From the NCBI GenBank assembly GCA_965602675.1, contig CBFCZO010000008.1, positions 4,334-68,333 on the forward strand: 64,000 bases of DNA. Reading direction: 5' to 3'. The notes beneath the pieces are model-generated. The model worked only from the letters and a program-made list of their open reading frames with translations. It did not search any database and was not told where the DNA came from. This DNA comes from an uncultured bacterium (GTDB taxonomy: Bacteria > Acidobacteriota > DATKUA01). Below, one piece after another: positions 27,273-37,718 of this stretch. The translations under genes were made by a program, and so were the position numbers. The stretch's first letter is position 1, and each line of letters starts with the position of its first letter.

Positions 27273-28307
27273 ATGAGTAAACCGATGCGCATAGGAGTTC
27301 TGGCTCCGCCTTGGCTGCCGATTCCTCCGCCGACCTATGGCGGCACCGAGTTGATTGTCGACATCCTCAGCCGCGGCTTCAAGGAAGCGGGCCACGAACC
27401 GATCCTTTTTGCCTCAGGCGACTCGACCTGCCCCGTCAAGTTGGTAAGCCCCATTGGCCTAGCCGAAATGCCTCCCGACAAGTACAAAGAACACCTTCAG
27501 ATCGCCGCACTGCTGCGACACGCGGAAAAGCAAAAACTTGACCTTGTTCACTCTCACCTGGAAGGCGTTCAGCCTTATGCGGAGGTATTGGGAATACCCG
27601 TCTTTTGTACTCTGCACGTCGACGTGACGGAACAGCGGCGCATCTTCCTGCAGACAAACGAGAGCGTCGAGTATATCGCCGTCAGCGAGAAACAGGGGCG
27701 GTCGTTTCCGTTCGGCGTGCACGTCATCCGCAACGGCATAGAACTGTACCGCTATCCTCTCGTTGACCGGGAAGAGAAAGAAGGCTATTTGCTGTTCCTC
27801 GGCAAGATCTGCCGTCGTAAAGGAGCCGACTTGGCGGTGAAGGCCTGGATGACGCTCGCCCGGCCTGTCAAGATAGCCGGTTACGTGCCCGCGTCTGAGG
27901 AGGAATGGTTCAAGGAAACTGTGATGAGCCGAGTGAAGCTGGGATCGCTGGAATTCATCGGGCCCGTCGGCTTTGAGGAGAAGGTGCGCCTGTTGAGCGG
28001 CGCGGCGGCGCTGCTGTGCCCGGTTCGCTGGGAAGAGCCGTTCGGGCTGGTGGCCGCCGAGGCTATGGCATGCGGCACACCGGTGATCGCCACCCGGCGC
28101 GGCGCTTTACCCGAGTTGGTCGAAGACGGCGTGACCGGCTTTCTCTGCGACGACGAAAAAGAGGTGCTGGAAGCGGTGGAGAAGTGCGACGAGATCGACC
28201 CGCAGGCATGCCGCGAGCGGGTGGAGCGTCTCTTCGATTCCCGCAGGATGGTGCGGGAGTATCTCGAATTATTCGAGCGTAAATTGGCCGGCCGCGGCCG
28301 GCCATGA
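27273..28307 (+). CDS. Glycosyltransferase family 4 (GT-B, GT4)
   Basis: EPFGLVAAEAMACGTPVIATRRGALPELVEDGVTGFL (EX7E-type motif). ATG at 27273; the ORF-track start at 27237 is TTG. Confidence 0.85.
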   Translation: MSKPMRIGVLAPPWLPIPPPTYGGTELIVDILSRGFKEAGHEPILFASGDSTCPVKLVSPIGLAEMPPDKYKEHLQIAALLRHAEKQKLDLVHSHLEGVQPYAEVLGIPVFCTLHVDVTEQRRIFLQTNESVEYIAVSEKQGRSFPFGVHVIRNGIELYRYPLVDREEKEGYLLFLGKICRRKGADLAVKAWMTLARPVKIAGYVPASEEEWFKETVMSRVKLGSLEFIGPVGFEEKVRLLSGAAALLCPVRWEEPFGLVAAEAMACGTPVIATRRGALPELVEDGVTGFLCDDEKEVLEAVEKCDEIDPQACRERVERLFDSRRMVREYLELFERKLAGRGRP

Positions 28308-28322
28308 ACCGGGAGGAGATCC

Positions 28323-28526
28323 ATGCCGATCATTACTATTGAAGGCCCCAAGATCGACATCGAGAAAAAGCGGAAGCTCTCAAGCGGATTGGCTGAAGCG
28401 GCCTCTGCGGTCTACGGTCTGCCGATCGAGAAAATCATTGTACTGATCAGGGAAAACCCGCCCGAAAACGTGTTCACGGGCGGTGAGCTGCTCCACGACC
28501 GTTGGCAAAAGCAGCAGAAAGCCTGA
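28323..28526 (+). CDS. 4-oxalocrotonate tautomerase family protein
   Basis: 67 aa, N-terminal Met-Pro (MPIITIEGPKIDIEKKRKL), the tautomerase family size and Pro1. Confidence 0.65.
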   Translation: MPIITIEGPKIDIEKKRKLSSGLAEAASAVYGLPIEKIIVLIRENPPENVFTGGELLHDRWQKQQKA

Positions 28527-28576
28527 CGAAAAGGGGCGGCTTGTCAGCCGCCCTCTATCCATCTCTGCCCGTTGTA

Positions 28577-29872
28577 TCAGACCTTGAAGATTGCGTTCTC
28601 GTTCTTGAACATCCTGGCGCAGAGCCATATTGCAATCCCTGCGATTACCAGGGTGCTGACGAAAGTTAGCGCGTAGTAATGCATCACCTCGAAGCCCTGG
28701 CCTGCCAGCACCTTCTTCAGCACCAGCGAGACGTTCACGACAGGAATCAGGGAAAGAGTGAAGTTGAGCTCGACTCCGGGCAGGAACGAAGCGAACGCGG
28801 GCAGAATGATCAGTATGGTGAGCGGCCCCATATATCCCTGGGCCTCGCGGTAGCTACGGGCGAACACAGAAATGGTCAGCAAGATGCCGGCGAACACGAA
28901 CGCCAACGGCACGACCAGCAACACTGCCAAGAGGATCGTCTGCGTATCGATGCTGAGTGTCATCACTTCCCTGAGCTGTCGCCCGATCTCTCCCATCGAG
29001 AAGCCGTAATAGAGGCCGACAAGGGCCAGCACGGATGAAATGACCCCGGTCATCACGATCACGAGAAACTTGCCGGTCACCAGCTCGATCCGGCTCGCGG
29101 GGCTGGCCAGCAGCGTCTCGAGAGTCTTCTGCTCCTTTTCGCCCGCGGCCATGTTTATCGCCGGGAACATCGCGCCGTTGAAGGTCATCAGGATGATCAT
29201 GTAGGGCAGAATCCTGCCGAATATCTCACCTGCTCTTTCCTGCCCGGTGGCCATGTCCTGGCCGGCGGTCTCGAACGGATCGATGATTGATGCCTGAAGG
29301 CTGGCGTTTTCCAGCCGACCGGCCACCACGCGTTGGCGATAAGTCGTCAAGCTCCTGCGCAGCCTCTCGAAGGCTTTCTCCGACCTCTCGCTGGTCGATA
29401 GGTAGTCGATGCGCAGGTTCAAGCCCTTGTCGTGATCCTGGAGCTGCCCCTGGAAATCCGGCGGGATCACCAGCACTGCGTCCAGTTGCTTCGAATCAAT
29501 CAGTTTCCTGATTTGGCCTTCTTCACCCGCCACCGGTGCATCATCGAGAATCTCGATAAATGCATTGACGCCCGACTGTTGTTCGATGGCGAATATGTTG
29601 AGATCACTCTCAACGGGCGGATTGAAGCGCTGCCGTTCCTCGTTCCTGAGGTAATCGATCAGGGCCGGCGCGTCTTCGGCGCCGACGACCGCCACCACGC
29701 TATTCCTCTCGGCAATCCCCTTGGCGCTGCCGATGGTGAACATGCTCATCAGGTACATCAAAGCTGGGATAAGAAACAGCGGCATAATGACCATAAATAT
29801 AACCGCGCGGCGGTCGCGGATTATATCCAACACTTCCTTGCGAAATACTACCCAGATTGTGCGCGGATTCAT
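28577..29872 (-). CDS. ABC-2 family permease (NatB-like)
   Basis: TM1, ~180 aa periplasmic loop, then TM2-6 with AGEKEQKTLETLL. Confidence 0.8.
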   Translation of the reverse strand: MNPRTIWVVFRKEVLDIIRDRRAVIFMVIMPLFLIPALMYLMSMFTIGSAKGIAERNSVVAVVGAEDAPALIDYLRNEERQRFNPPVESDLNIFAIEQQSGVNAFIEILDDAPVAGEEGQIRKLIDSKQLDAVLVIPPDFQGQLQDHDKGLNLRIDYLSTSERSEKAFERLRRSLTTYRQRVVAGRLENASLQASIIDPFETAGQDMATGQERAGEIFGRILPYMIILMTFNGAMFPAINMAAGEKEQKTLETLLASPASRIELVTGKFLVIVMTGVISSVLALVGLYYGFSMGEIGRQLREVMTLSIDTQTILLAVLLVVPLAFVFAGILLTISVFARSYREAQGYMGPLTILIILPAFASFLPGVELNFTLSLIPVVNVSLVLKKVLAGQGFEVMHYYALTFVSTLVIAGIAIWLCARMFKNENAIFKV

Positions 29873-30606
29873 TACTTTTCCCCCACTATCTTGACAAAGG
29901 CGTCCTCGAATTCATTCTCACCCGCCACCTGTTTCAGCGAATCGACTGTTCCCTGCGCGAAGAGCCTGCCGTTGTGGATAATAGCCACCTCGTCGCAGAG
30001 CCGCTCCGCCTCACGCATTATGTGAGTGGAGAAGATAATGCACTTGCCCTGATTCTTGCAGAAGTTGATGAAATCGACGATCGAGCGCGCGGCTAGTATA
30101 TCCAGCCCGACTGTCGGCTCGTCGAAGACCATGACGGGCGGATCGTGGACGATAGTGCGGGCGATGTTCACCTTCTGCTGCATTCCCGAGCTGAGCTTTG
30201 AGCACTTGGTGCCGAGGAAATCCTCCATGTCGAGCCACTTCGCGATCTCGGCTATTCTGGGGCCGATACTCTTACGATCCATGCCGTTGAGCTGGCCGAA
30301 ATAAGTAATCACCTCGCGGGCGGTCAGTCGCTGGTAGAGGCCGGTGTTGCCGGTGAGGAATCCGATCTTCGCCCTGACGAGGGAGGGTTTTTTCAGCACA
30401 TCGAGCCCATCGACCTCGATGCTCCCCGATGTCGGTTTCATCGTAGTCGAGACGATCCTGAGAGTTGTGGTTTTGCCGGCGCCGTTGGGCCCCAGCAGGC
30501 CGAAAATCTTGCCGGACTCGCAGGAAAAGCTGACATTGTCGACGGCACGTATTTCTCCCCGCTTCCGGTCTTTGAAGATTTTGATTAGATTTTTTACGGA
30601 AATCAT
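29872..30606 (-). CDS. ABC transporter ATP-binding protein (NatA-like), coupled to the permease
   Basis: Motifs GLLGPNGAGKTT, LSSGMQQK and VMVFDEPTVGLD. TAATG overlap with the downstream permease. Confidence 0.9.
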   Translation of the reverse strand: MISVKNLIKIFKDRKRGEIRAVDNVSFSCESGKIFGLLGPNGAGKTTTLRIVSTTMKPTSGSIEVDGLDVLKKPSLVRAKIGFLTGNTGLYQRLTAREVITYFGQLNGMDRKSIGPRIAEIAKWLDMEDFLGTKCSKLSSGMQQKVNIARTIVHDPPVMVFDEPTVGLDILAARSIVDFINFCKNQGKCIIFSTHIMREAERLCDEVAIIHNGRLFAQGTVDSLKQVAGENEFEDAFVKIVGEK

Positions 30607-30793
30607 CGTTCCAGGCCTACTCCTTTTTTAATGCGGGAGGCATCCATCGTGTGAAGAAATCCGGTATTACCCTCCGCCTTTTCCCCGAGATCGTTTTTAC
30701 GATTCAACAACAAACAAAAGCCTTCAAAGCAACTCGGTTGAGATCGGGATGATTGGTAATCTTAGATGATTTTTCAGTGTTTGTCGAAACAAC

Positions 30794-30991
30794 TCAGCCC
30801 ATCCAGAATCCCTTGCGATGCGAGATACCCAGAACCTTCATGCAGTTCGAGCAATAGTAGATATAGCGCCTTCCCAGGACAGATTTGATCTCGTTGAAAA
30901 ATATCTTCTCGATTTGCACTTCACAGTGAGGGCAGACCGGCCGGGGGCTGGCCTCTCCGCTAAACTGCCCGGGCTCCTCCAATTCGATCAT
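30794..30991 (-). CDS. Small zinc-ribbon-like protein (CPHC...CSNC)
   Basis: 65 aa with CxxC...CxxC. Confidence 0.4.
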   Translation of the reverse strand: MIELEEPGQFSGEASPRPVCPHCEVQIEKIFFNEIKSVLGRRYIYYCSNCMKVLGISHRKGFWMG

Positions 30992-31166
30992 GCCACTCCT
31001 CCGCCAAGGATAATTCTTTACCTATTACGTCAGCACCCGCCGCTTGGTTCGTTCGCCAAGTCTAAAAAAAGCCCCCCCACCTGAGTGGGGGGACCCATGC
31101 ACGCTGCATGCAGCGCATGCAACCCTGTCAAGGTTCGAGATAGTTCTACCGTCGCTTCCAGTAGCC

Positions 31167-32444
31167 TCAGGCCATGCCGACGGCGTTCTTGATCCACGGA
31201 GTCGTCACGCTCTTCGGACGCGTGATCGGGGTTCCCAGCGCGCGGTTGATCACCAGGTTGCTGAGCACGCCCATGGCGCGGCTGACGCCGAACAGCACGG
31301 TGTAGTAGCTGAATTCGGTCATGCCGAAGTGGTAGAGCAGCGAGCCGCTGCCCGCGTCGACGTTCGGCCAGGGATTCTTTGCCTTGCCATGCTCCTGGAG
31401 GATTCCGGGGACTGTCTCGAACATCAGCGAGACGGTCTTGACGGTCGGATCCTCGGGGCAGACCTTCTTACCGAAGGCGTGGAAGGCGGTGAAGCGCGGG
31501 TCGGTGGCGCGCAAGACTGCGTGCCCGTAACCCGGTATCACCCTGCCGCTGTTGAGGATATCCCAAGCGTACTCGGACAGCTGCTCCTTGGTCGGGGAGC
31601 CGCCGTACTTCTTGTTGATCTCGAGGACGAACCTGAGGCATTCCTGGTTGGCAAGGCCGTGGAGCGGTCCCGCCAAGCCGTTGAGGCCGGCGCTGAGGGC
31701 GTAGTAGCAATCGCTGAGGGCAGAGCCGACGGTGTGGGTGGTGTTGGCGCTGACGTTGCCGCCCTCGTGGTCGCAGTGCAGCGTGAGGTAGAGGCGCATC
31801 AGGTTGGCGAAATTGCCGGTCGGGTCGTCGATCCCCAGCATGTGGGCGTAGTTAGCACCCCAGTCGAGGTTATCCTTCGGCGGGATCGGGTCGCCGTGGC
31901 CGAAGCGGATGCGGTACATGCCCGCCGCCAGGCCGGTCAGCTTGGAGAGGAGGTTGATCATGTCCTCGAACGAGGGGTCCCAGTACTCCGTCTTGTGGAT
32001 GCCTTCGTCGTATTTCTTGCGGAAGACGCTCTCGCGCTCCATCACCAGGATTCCGGTGTCGAGCATTGCCATCGGGTGGCTGTCGGAAGGCATTGCGCGC
32101 ATCACGTCCCAGACGTAGTCGGGCACCTTGGCGCGTCTGTTCATCTCGCCCTGCAGGTCGGCAACCATTTCATCAGAGGGAAGCTCGCCCAGCATCAGCA
32201 GGCAGAGGATCTCCTCGGGCAGCCTGTCGGTGAGGTCGCCGATGGGATAGTCGCGGATGATCAATCCCTTCTCAGGATCGACGTAGGACGTGTCGCAGAT
32301 CATTCCTTTGATGCCGCGCATCCCGCCGTAGGCCTGGGCCACGGTCACTTCGGAGATCACGTCATTCGCATGCTTCGCCGCAATCGCCTTCAGCTCATCG
32401 CGCAGCCCGGGAATCTGGGATGCAAACTTTTCTTTAAGTTTCAT
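31167..32444 (-). CDS. Citrate synthase
   Basis: Motifs AQAYGGMRGIKG, GYGHAVLRATDPRF and DPRF...KLYP region. Length 425 aa. Confidence 0.9.
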   Translation of the reverse strand: MKLKEKFASQIPGLRDELKAIAAKHANDVISEVTVAQAYGGMRGIKGMICDTSYVDPEKGLIIRDYPIGDLTDRLPEEILCLLMLGELPSDEMVADLQGEMNRRAKVPDYVWDVMRAMPSDSHPMAMLDTGILVMERESVFRKKYDEGIHKTEYWDPSFEDMINLLSKLTGLAAGMYRIRFGHGDPIPPKDNLDWGANYAHMLGIDDPTGNFANLMRLYLTLHCDHEGGNVSANTTHTVGSALSDCYYALSAGLNGLAGPLHGLANQECLRFVLEINKKYGGSPTKEQLSEYAWDILNSGRVIPGYGHAVLRATDPRFTAFHAFGKKVCPEDPTVKTVSLMFETVPGILQEHGKAKNPWPNVDAGSGSLLYHFGMTEFSYYTVLFGVSRAMGVLSNLVINRALGTPITRPKSVTTPWIKNAVGMA

Positions 32445-33087
32445 GCAAACAACTCCTTTCGTTTCCCTTTCGGGGAAGTCCCCCCCGATTTGTTAACGCC
32501 GCATCGAAACAAACCGCTCGCGAGGAGTTCCCGTTCGCCCCAAAGACAGTTATCCTCGCCAGGCCTCCCTCGCCTCAGGCGGCTCGAACCGCTCACCCTG
32601 ATCATCGAGCGCTTAGGTTCCGTTTCGACACTAAAAGAGGCAAAAATCGCTATTCGAAGATCGATTGAGTGCCCGCCCTCGCTTGCATATTCGCGCCGGG
32701 ACGGATCGCGCCTCGTTCGTTGCGGCTGGTTTCTATGGTGCAATCCTTATTATGATTCCAAATAAACGAGAATGCAAGACATCCGTTTTTAAAAGCAATT
32801 GAATTACGCGATTGCCCCGATCCAAGCGATTCTGAGAGACCCAAATAATCGATATATAGTGATATATTGATCAAATTAGCAAACAGCCATTCCCGTAATG
32901 TACTTTTGACATTATCCATCGGCTGAAATAAAATCCGCAGCGTGGGTAGCTTTGCACTTATCACCGGGGGTTGATCTGTTCATCCTTTGTTTTCTGGAAA
33001 TAGTGTATACGTCTCTATTTCGTCCCACTATGCAATGGGCGACCGTATGGCCGCCGCCGAAATCCTATTAATAATTGGAGGAAAGAG

Positions 33088-36000
33088 ATGAAACGAGCCA
33101 CGGCAATCCTCCTGGCCATGTTCATCCTGGTTCCGCTTTGGGCAGCGGCTCAGGAAGAGGAGCAGGAGAAGGGCAAGTTGAACGCAGGAACGTTCTCCGG
33201 GCTTAAGCTGCGCTGTATTGGCCCGGCGTTGATGTCGGGCCGCATCAGCGACCTCGCCGTCGATCCCACCGACGCGGCCACCTGGTATGTGGCAGTCGCC
33301 TCGGGCGGCGTCTGGAAAACCACCAATGCCGGCACGACCTGGAATCCTATCTTCGACAACTACGGAACTTACTCGATCGGCTGTGTCACAGTCGATCCCA
33401 ACAATCCGTGGGTGGTCTGGGTCGGCACGGGCGAGAACAACAGCCAGCGCTCGGTCGGCTGGGGCGACGGCGTCTACAAGTCCCTCGACGGCGGCCGGAG
33501 CTTCAAGAACGTTGGGCTGGCGAAATCCGAGCACATCGGCAAAATCCTCGTCGACCCGCGCGATTCCAACGTGGTCTACGTTGCCGCGCAGGGTCCGCTC
33601 TGGGCCCCCGGCGGCGACCGAGGCCTTTATAAGACCACCGACGGCGGTGAGACTTGGGAGTTGGTGCTGGAGATCAGCGAGAACACCGGCGTCAGCGACA
33701 TAGTCTTCGACCTGCGCAATCCCGACGTAATCTACGCCTCCGCCTACCAGCGCCGGCGCCACGTTTGGACGTTGATCAACGGCGGCCCGGAGTCGGGCTT
33801 GTATAAAACGGTCGACGGCGGCGCGAACTGGAAGAAGATCAACAAGGGCCTTCCGAGCGGCGACATGGGCCGCATCGGCCTGGCTATATCATTTCAGAGA
33901 CCCGACGTGGTCTATGCAATAGTCGAAGCCGATCCCGAGGCCGAGGGCTTCTTCCGCTCTGAAGACGACGGCGAGAACTGGGCGAAAATGAGCGACTACG
34001 TCGCCGGATCGCCGCAGTATTACAACGAGATCTACGCCGACCCGCACCAGTTTGACCGCATCTACTCGCTTGACACTTACATGATGGCCAGCGACGACGG
34101 CGGCACGAACTTCTACCGCCTTGGCGAGGAGTGGAAGCACGTCGACAACCACGCGATCGTTTTCTTCGACGATGACCCCGATCACCTGCTGATCGGCTGC
34201 GACGGCGGTCTCTACGAGACCTGGGATCGCGGCAAGAATTACAAATTCTTCGAGAACCTGCCGCTCACCCAGTTCTACCGTGTCGCGGTGGACAACGACC
34301 TACCCTTCTACAACGTTCTCGGCGGAACGCAGGACAACAACTCGCAGGCCGGCCCCTCCCGCACCAACAACGTCCACGGCATCCGCAACAGCGATTGGAT
34401 CATCACCTGCGGCGGCGACGGCTACCAGTCCCGCGTCGATCCCACCGACACAAACATCATCTACGCCGAGTCGCAGTACGGCGGGCTGGTGCGCTACGAC
34501 AAGCGCAGCGGCCAGAGTGTCTACATCCAGCCGTTGACCGAGCCCGGCGAGGATCCCTCGCGCTGGAACTGGGATTCCCCGTTGATGATCAGCCCCCACT
34601 CGCCCACCCGCCTCTACTTCGCCTCGCAGAGGCTCTACCGCAGCGATGACCGTGGGGACACCTGGACGGCAATCAGCCCCGACCTCTCCCGCCAACTGGA
34701 CCGCAACAAACTGGAGGTCATGGGCACCGTGTGGGGCGTCGATACCGTCGCCAAGAACAACTCGACCTCCCTCTACGGCAATATCATCGCCCTCGACGAG
34801 TCGCCGCTGGTGGAAGGGCTGATCTACGTGGGCACCGACGACGGCCTGATCCAGGTCACCGAGGACGGCGGGCAAAACTGGCGCAAGATCGACAAGTTCC
34901 CCGGAATAGCTGAGCTGGCCTACGTCACCGACGTCACCGCTTCGTCTCACGAGCCCGATACGGTCTATGCCACGTTCAGCAACTTCAAGAGCGGCGACTT
35001 CAAGCCATACGTGCTCAAGAGCACCGACCGCGGAGCCAACTGGACTTCGATCACCTCCAACGTTCCCGGCGATAACGTGACCTGGTGCATCGTCGAGGAT
35101 AACGTCAAGAAGGAACTGCTCTTCCTCGGCGCCGAGTTCGGCCTCTTCTTCTCGATCGACGGTGGAGGCAACTGGGTACAACTCAAGGGCGGCGTGCCGG
35201 TGATCGCCTTCCGCGATCTCGAAATTCAGAAGCGGGAGAACGACCTAGCCTGCGCCACTTTCGGGCGCGGCTTCTACATTCTCGACGACTTCACACCGCT
35301 ACGTCACGTCACCGAGGAAGCCCTCGAGCAGGAAGCAATGATCCTCCCGATCAAGAAGGCCTTGATGTTCATCGAAGCGCGGCCGCTGGGCGGCGGCGAA
35401 AAGGCGTCGCTGGGCGCCGACTTTTTCACCGCGCCCAACCCACCCTACGGCACCGTGATCACTTACTACTTCAAGGATGCGCTCAAGACCCGCAAGCAGA
35501 ACCGCCAGGAGGCTGAGGCAAAGTTGCGCAAAGAGGGCGAGCCGGTTTACTACCCGGCCTGGGAGGATCTGAAGGCCGAGGATCGTGAAGAAAAGCCATC
35601 GCTGATTTTCACGATCACCGACGAGGAAGGCAACGTGGTGCGCCGGATCACCCAGCCCACCATGCCCGGCATGAACCGCTTCACCTGGGACCACCGCTAC
35701 GCCTCACCCGTCTCCGGCGGCAGGAGATATGGCAGCTTCGGCCCGATGGCCGTGCCCGGCACTTACAAGGTGAGCATGGCCAAGTGCGTCGACAGTGTGA
35801 TCACGCCGTTAGTCGAGCCGGTGGAATTCGAGATCGAGCCGCTCGGCCTGGCCACGTTGCCCGCCGAGGACAAGGCAGCCCTGCTCGCCTTTCATAAGAA
35901 GGTTGGCAGCCTGATGCGCGCAGTGATGGGCGCCTATGCGGTCATCAACGATATAGAAGGCCGTTTCGATGCCATCAAGGGTGCCATCCTCAATACTCCG

Positions 36001-36351
36001 GCGCTCGATCCGGCTCTGATTAAGACAACGCGTGAGCTCGAGTTGCGCCTAGTGGACATCAAGGAGCAGTTCACCGGCGATCCCACCAAACCGAGGCGCA
36101 GCGAGCCGGGTGAGCCGGGCTTCATGCGGCGGCTGCAGGAGGTGGTTTACGGGGCGATTCGTTCAACATCCAACCCGACGACCACGCACCAGCGCAATTA
36201 CGACATCGCCGCTGACCAGTTCGAGGCGATCCTCGGCGACCTGAAGCAGCTGGTCGAGGTCGATCTCAAGGCCCTTGAGGACGCCCTCGAGGCCGCCGGC
36301 GCTCCCTACACACCCGGACGCGCCATACCCGACTGGAGCAAGGAACAATAA
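33088..36351 (+). CDS. Secreted BNR/Asp-box repeat protein (sortilin/VPS10-like beta-propeller), 1087 aa
   Basis: Signal peptide MKRATAILLAMFILVPLWAAAQ. Repeated S/TxDxGxTW motifs: GGVWKTTNAGTTW, YKSLDGGRSF, YKTTDGGETW, YKTVDGGANW, SDDGGTNF, TEDGGQNW, STDRGANW and SIDGGGNW. Confidence 0.8.
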   Translation: MKRATAILLAMFILVPLWAAAQEEEQEKGKLNAGTFSGLKLRCIGPALMSGRISDLAVDPTDAATWYVAVASGGVWKTTNAGTTWNPIFDNYGTYSIGCVTVDPNNPWVVWVGTGENNSQRSVGWGDGVYKSLDGGRSFKNVGLAKSEHIGKILVDPRDSNVVYVAAQGPLWAPGGDRGLYKTTDGGETWELVLEISENTGVSDIVFDLRNPDVIYASAYQRRRHVWTLINGGPESGLYKTVDGGANWKKINKGLPSGDMGRIGLAISFQRPDVVYAIVEADPEAEGFFRSEDDGENWAKMSDYVAGSPQYYNEIYADPHQFDRIYSLDTYMMASDDGGTNFYRLGEEWKHVDNHAIVFFDDDPDHLLIGCDGGLYETWDRGKNYKFFENLPLTQFYRVAVDNDLPFYNVLGGTQDNNSQAGPSRTNNVHGIRNSDWIITCGGDGYQSRVDPTDTNIIYAESQYGGLVRYDKRSGQSVYIQPLTEPGEDPSRWNWDSPLMISPHSPTRLYFASQRLYRSDDRGDTWTAISPDLSRQLDRNKLEVMGTVWGVDTVAKNNSTSLYGNIIALDESPLVEGLIYVGTDDGLIQVTEDGGQNWRKIDKFPGIAELAYVTDVTASSHEPDTVYATFSNFKSGDFKPYVLKSTDRGANWTSITSNVPGDNVTWCIVEDNVKKELLFLGAEFGLFFSIDGGGNWVQLKGGVPVIAFRDLEIQKRENDLACATFGRGFYILDDFTPLRHVTEEALEQEAMILPIKKALMFIEARPLGGGEKASLGADFFTAPNPPYGTVITYYFKDALKTRKQNRQEAEAKLRKEGEPVYYPAWEDLKAEDREEKPSLIFTITDEEGNVVRRITQPTMPGMNRFTWDHRYASPVSGGRRYGSFGPMAVPGTYKVSMAKCVDSVITPLVEPVEFEIEPLGLATLPAEDKAALLAFHKKVGSLMRAVMGAYAVINDIEGRFDAIKGAILNTPALDPALIKTTRELELRLVDIKEQFTGDPTKPRRSEPGEPGFMRRLQEVVYGAIRSTSNPTTTHQRNYDIAADQFEAILGDLKQLVEVDLKALEDALEAAGAPYTPGRAIPDWSKEQ

Positions 36352-36360
36352 CGCATCAAC

Positions 36361-36410
36361 AAAGCCCGCGCCCTTGCCTGCCGGCGGGGGCGCGGGCTTT
36401 TCCTTTTTAA
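36361..36410 (+). terminator. Strong Rho-independent terminator after the BNR gene
   Basis: AAAGCCCGCGCCC...GGGCGCGGGCTTT, a 13-bp stem, followed by TCCTTTTT. Confidence 0.65.
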
Positions 36411-36483
36411 CCGCGGGCAGCATGAGCCACTACGGTTCGGATTCGCCCCTTGAGCAAAACGTGCATTAAAGCAGGAGTATCAA

Positions 36484-36753
36484 ATGGCCACAGGAGGAGC
36501 AGCAGCAGCGATCGCCAACGCCATCAAAGCGTCGGGAGTGATCGTTTCGCTGGAACCGGAGGAGTTCCTCAAGCTCCTTTCAAGAGTGGAGAATCCGCTG
36601 CTGGTCGTGGCCCGCGGCGCCGTGATGAAGAGCACGTACAAGTACATCTTCGGCTGGCGCGGCCTGGCTTTCTATACGAAGAACAAGGGTCCGTTGCAGT
36701 TCGACAGCGCTGTCGAGACGGTTCAGGCAAAGACCATATGGATTCCAGGTTAA
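36484..36753 (+). CDS. Hypothetical small protein (89 aa)
   Basis: ORF with an AGGAG ribosome-binding site 8 nt upstream. No recognisable family. Confidence 0.35.
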   Translation: MATGGAAAAIANAIKASGVIVSLEPEEFLKLLSRVENPLLVVARGAVMKSTYKYIFGWRGLAFYTKNKGPLQFDSAVETVQAKTIWIPG

Positions 36754-37093
36754 TCAGTAGTAGGAAGAGCATTTAGTAATTTAATCCCGGGCAGGTTCTC
36801 TTCGGTGTAACCTCCGGTCGATTGTTGTGCCCGGGGTGTCCTCTGTGAAGGTCATATTCCCCTCTATGTGACAAAGCCGCCCTCCAAATTCCAGGCAAAT
36901 CCGCCTATTGTCGCAGGCACGACCCTTGCTTAACAAAGCAATCGATAACTGGAGAGGTTTGTGAGTGCCGCCGCTTACTGAATCGGCGGAACTTCTAGTA
37001 AACAATCAACATACCTCGAACAGGAAGCGAACAGTGCTCACAGGATTTGTATGCTCTTTCGCAACCGGTGGGAGGCTAACAGGGAGAGAAATC

Positions 37094-37642
37094 ATGAAGA
37101 CAACCATTCTCATCACATTATTGGCGTTGACTTTCACACCGCTGGTCACCGCAGCGGACGACGAAACGCTCGACGGAAAACGATGGACTATCAGTCTCAG
37201 GTTGGGCAACTTCACTACCAGCGACGACGCAAAGTGGCCCATATCGTCGGCAAGAGCCGCAGGCGGACTCGAGTTTTCGCGGCTCTACACATCCCATACG
37301 GCGCTGTCCGTAACTCTCGACGGGCTGGCCTTTTCAAGCAGAAACATGTCTCTGGCTCCGATCACGGTGAATTACAAGATGTTCCCGGCAGGCAACAGCC
37401 TTCGGCTGAACGGTGGGAGCAAAGCGCCGGTGGTCCAGCCCTGGATCGGCGCAGGAGCGGGCCTCTATTTGCACGAATCCAACTTCTGGACCGGCGATAC
37501 GATTGATGCGGGAGCGCACCTGTCCGCCGGGGCCGTCGTGCCGCTGGGCAGTATCTTCGAGATCAACGGAGAACTGCGCTGGGCCTTCACTTCGCAACAG
37601 AGGCTTTTTTCCTACTTCATGGGCTTCGGTGTCAGGTTCTAG
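37094..37642 (+). CDS. Outer-membrane beta-barrel protein (OmpW/OmpA-like small porin)
   Basis: Signal peptide MKTTILITLLALTFTPLVTAA, alternating amphipathic strands and C-terminal GFGVRF. Confidence 0.7.
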   Translation: MKTTILITLLALTFTPLVTAADDETLDGKRWTISLRLGNFTTSDDAKWPISSARAAGGLEFSRLYTSHTALSVTLDGLAFSSRNMSLAPITVNYKMFPAGNSLRLNGGSKAPVVQPWIGAGAGLYLHESNFWTGDTIDAGAHLSAGAVVPLGSIFEINGELRWAFTSQQRLFSYFMGFGVRF

Positions 37643-37661
37643 AACTTCTGTATGAGGCAAA

Positions 37662-37690
37662 GAAAACGGCCGCCGGGTGGCGGCTGTTTT
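37662..37690. terminator. Bidirectional intrinsic terminator between convergent genes
   Basis: AAAACGGCCGCC-gggt-GGCGGCTGTTTT. Confidence 0.55.
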
Positions 37691-37718
37691 ACTATCAGAA
37701 TCTCAGCGAAATCCGTGA

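Noticed and set aside
31044-32765. 573-aa + strand ORF overlapping citrate synthase
   Set aside because: Antisense shadow ORF of a clearly homologous minus-strand gene. This is typical of GC-rich DNA, and its translation is low-complexity and Ala/Arg/Gly-rich.
34300-35181. 293-aa minus-strand ORF inside the BNR/sortilin gene
   Set aside because: Shadow ORF antisense to a strongly supported CDS. Translation is Ala/Gly/Val-rich with no domain.
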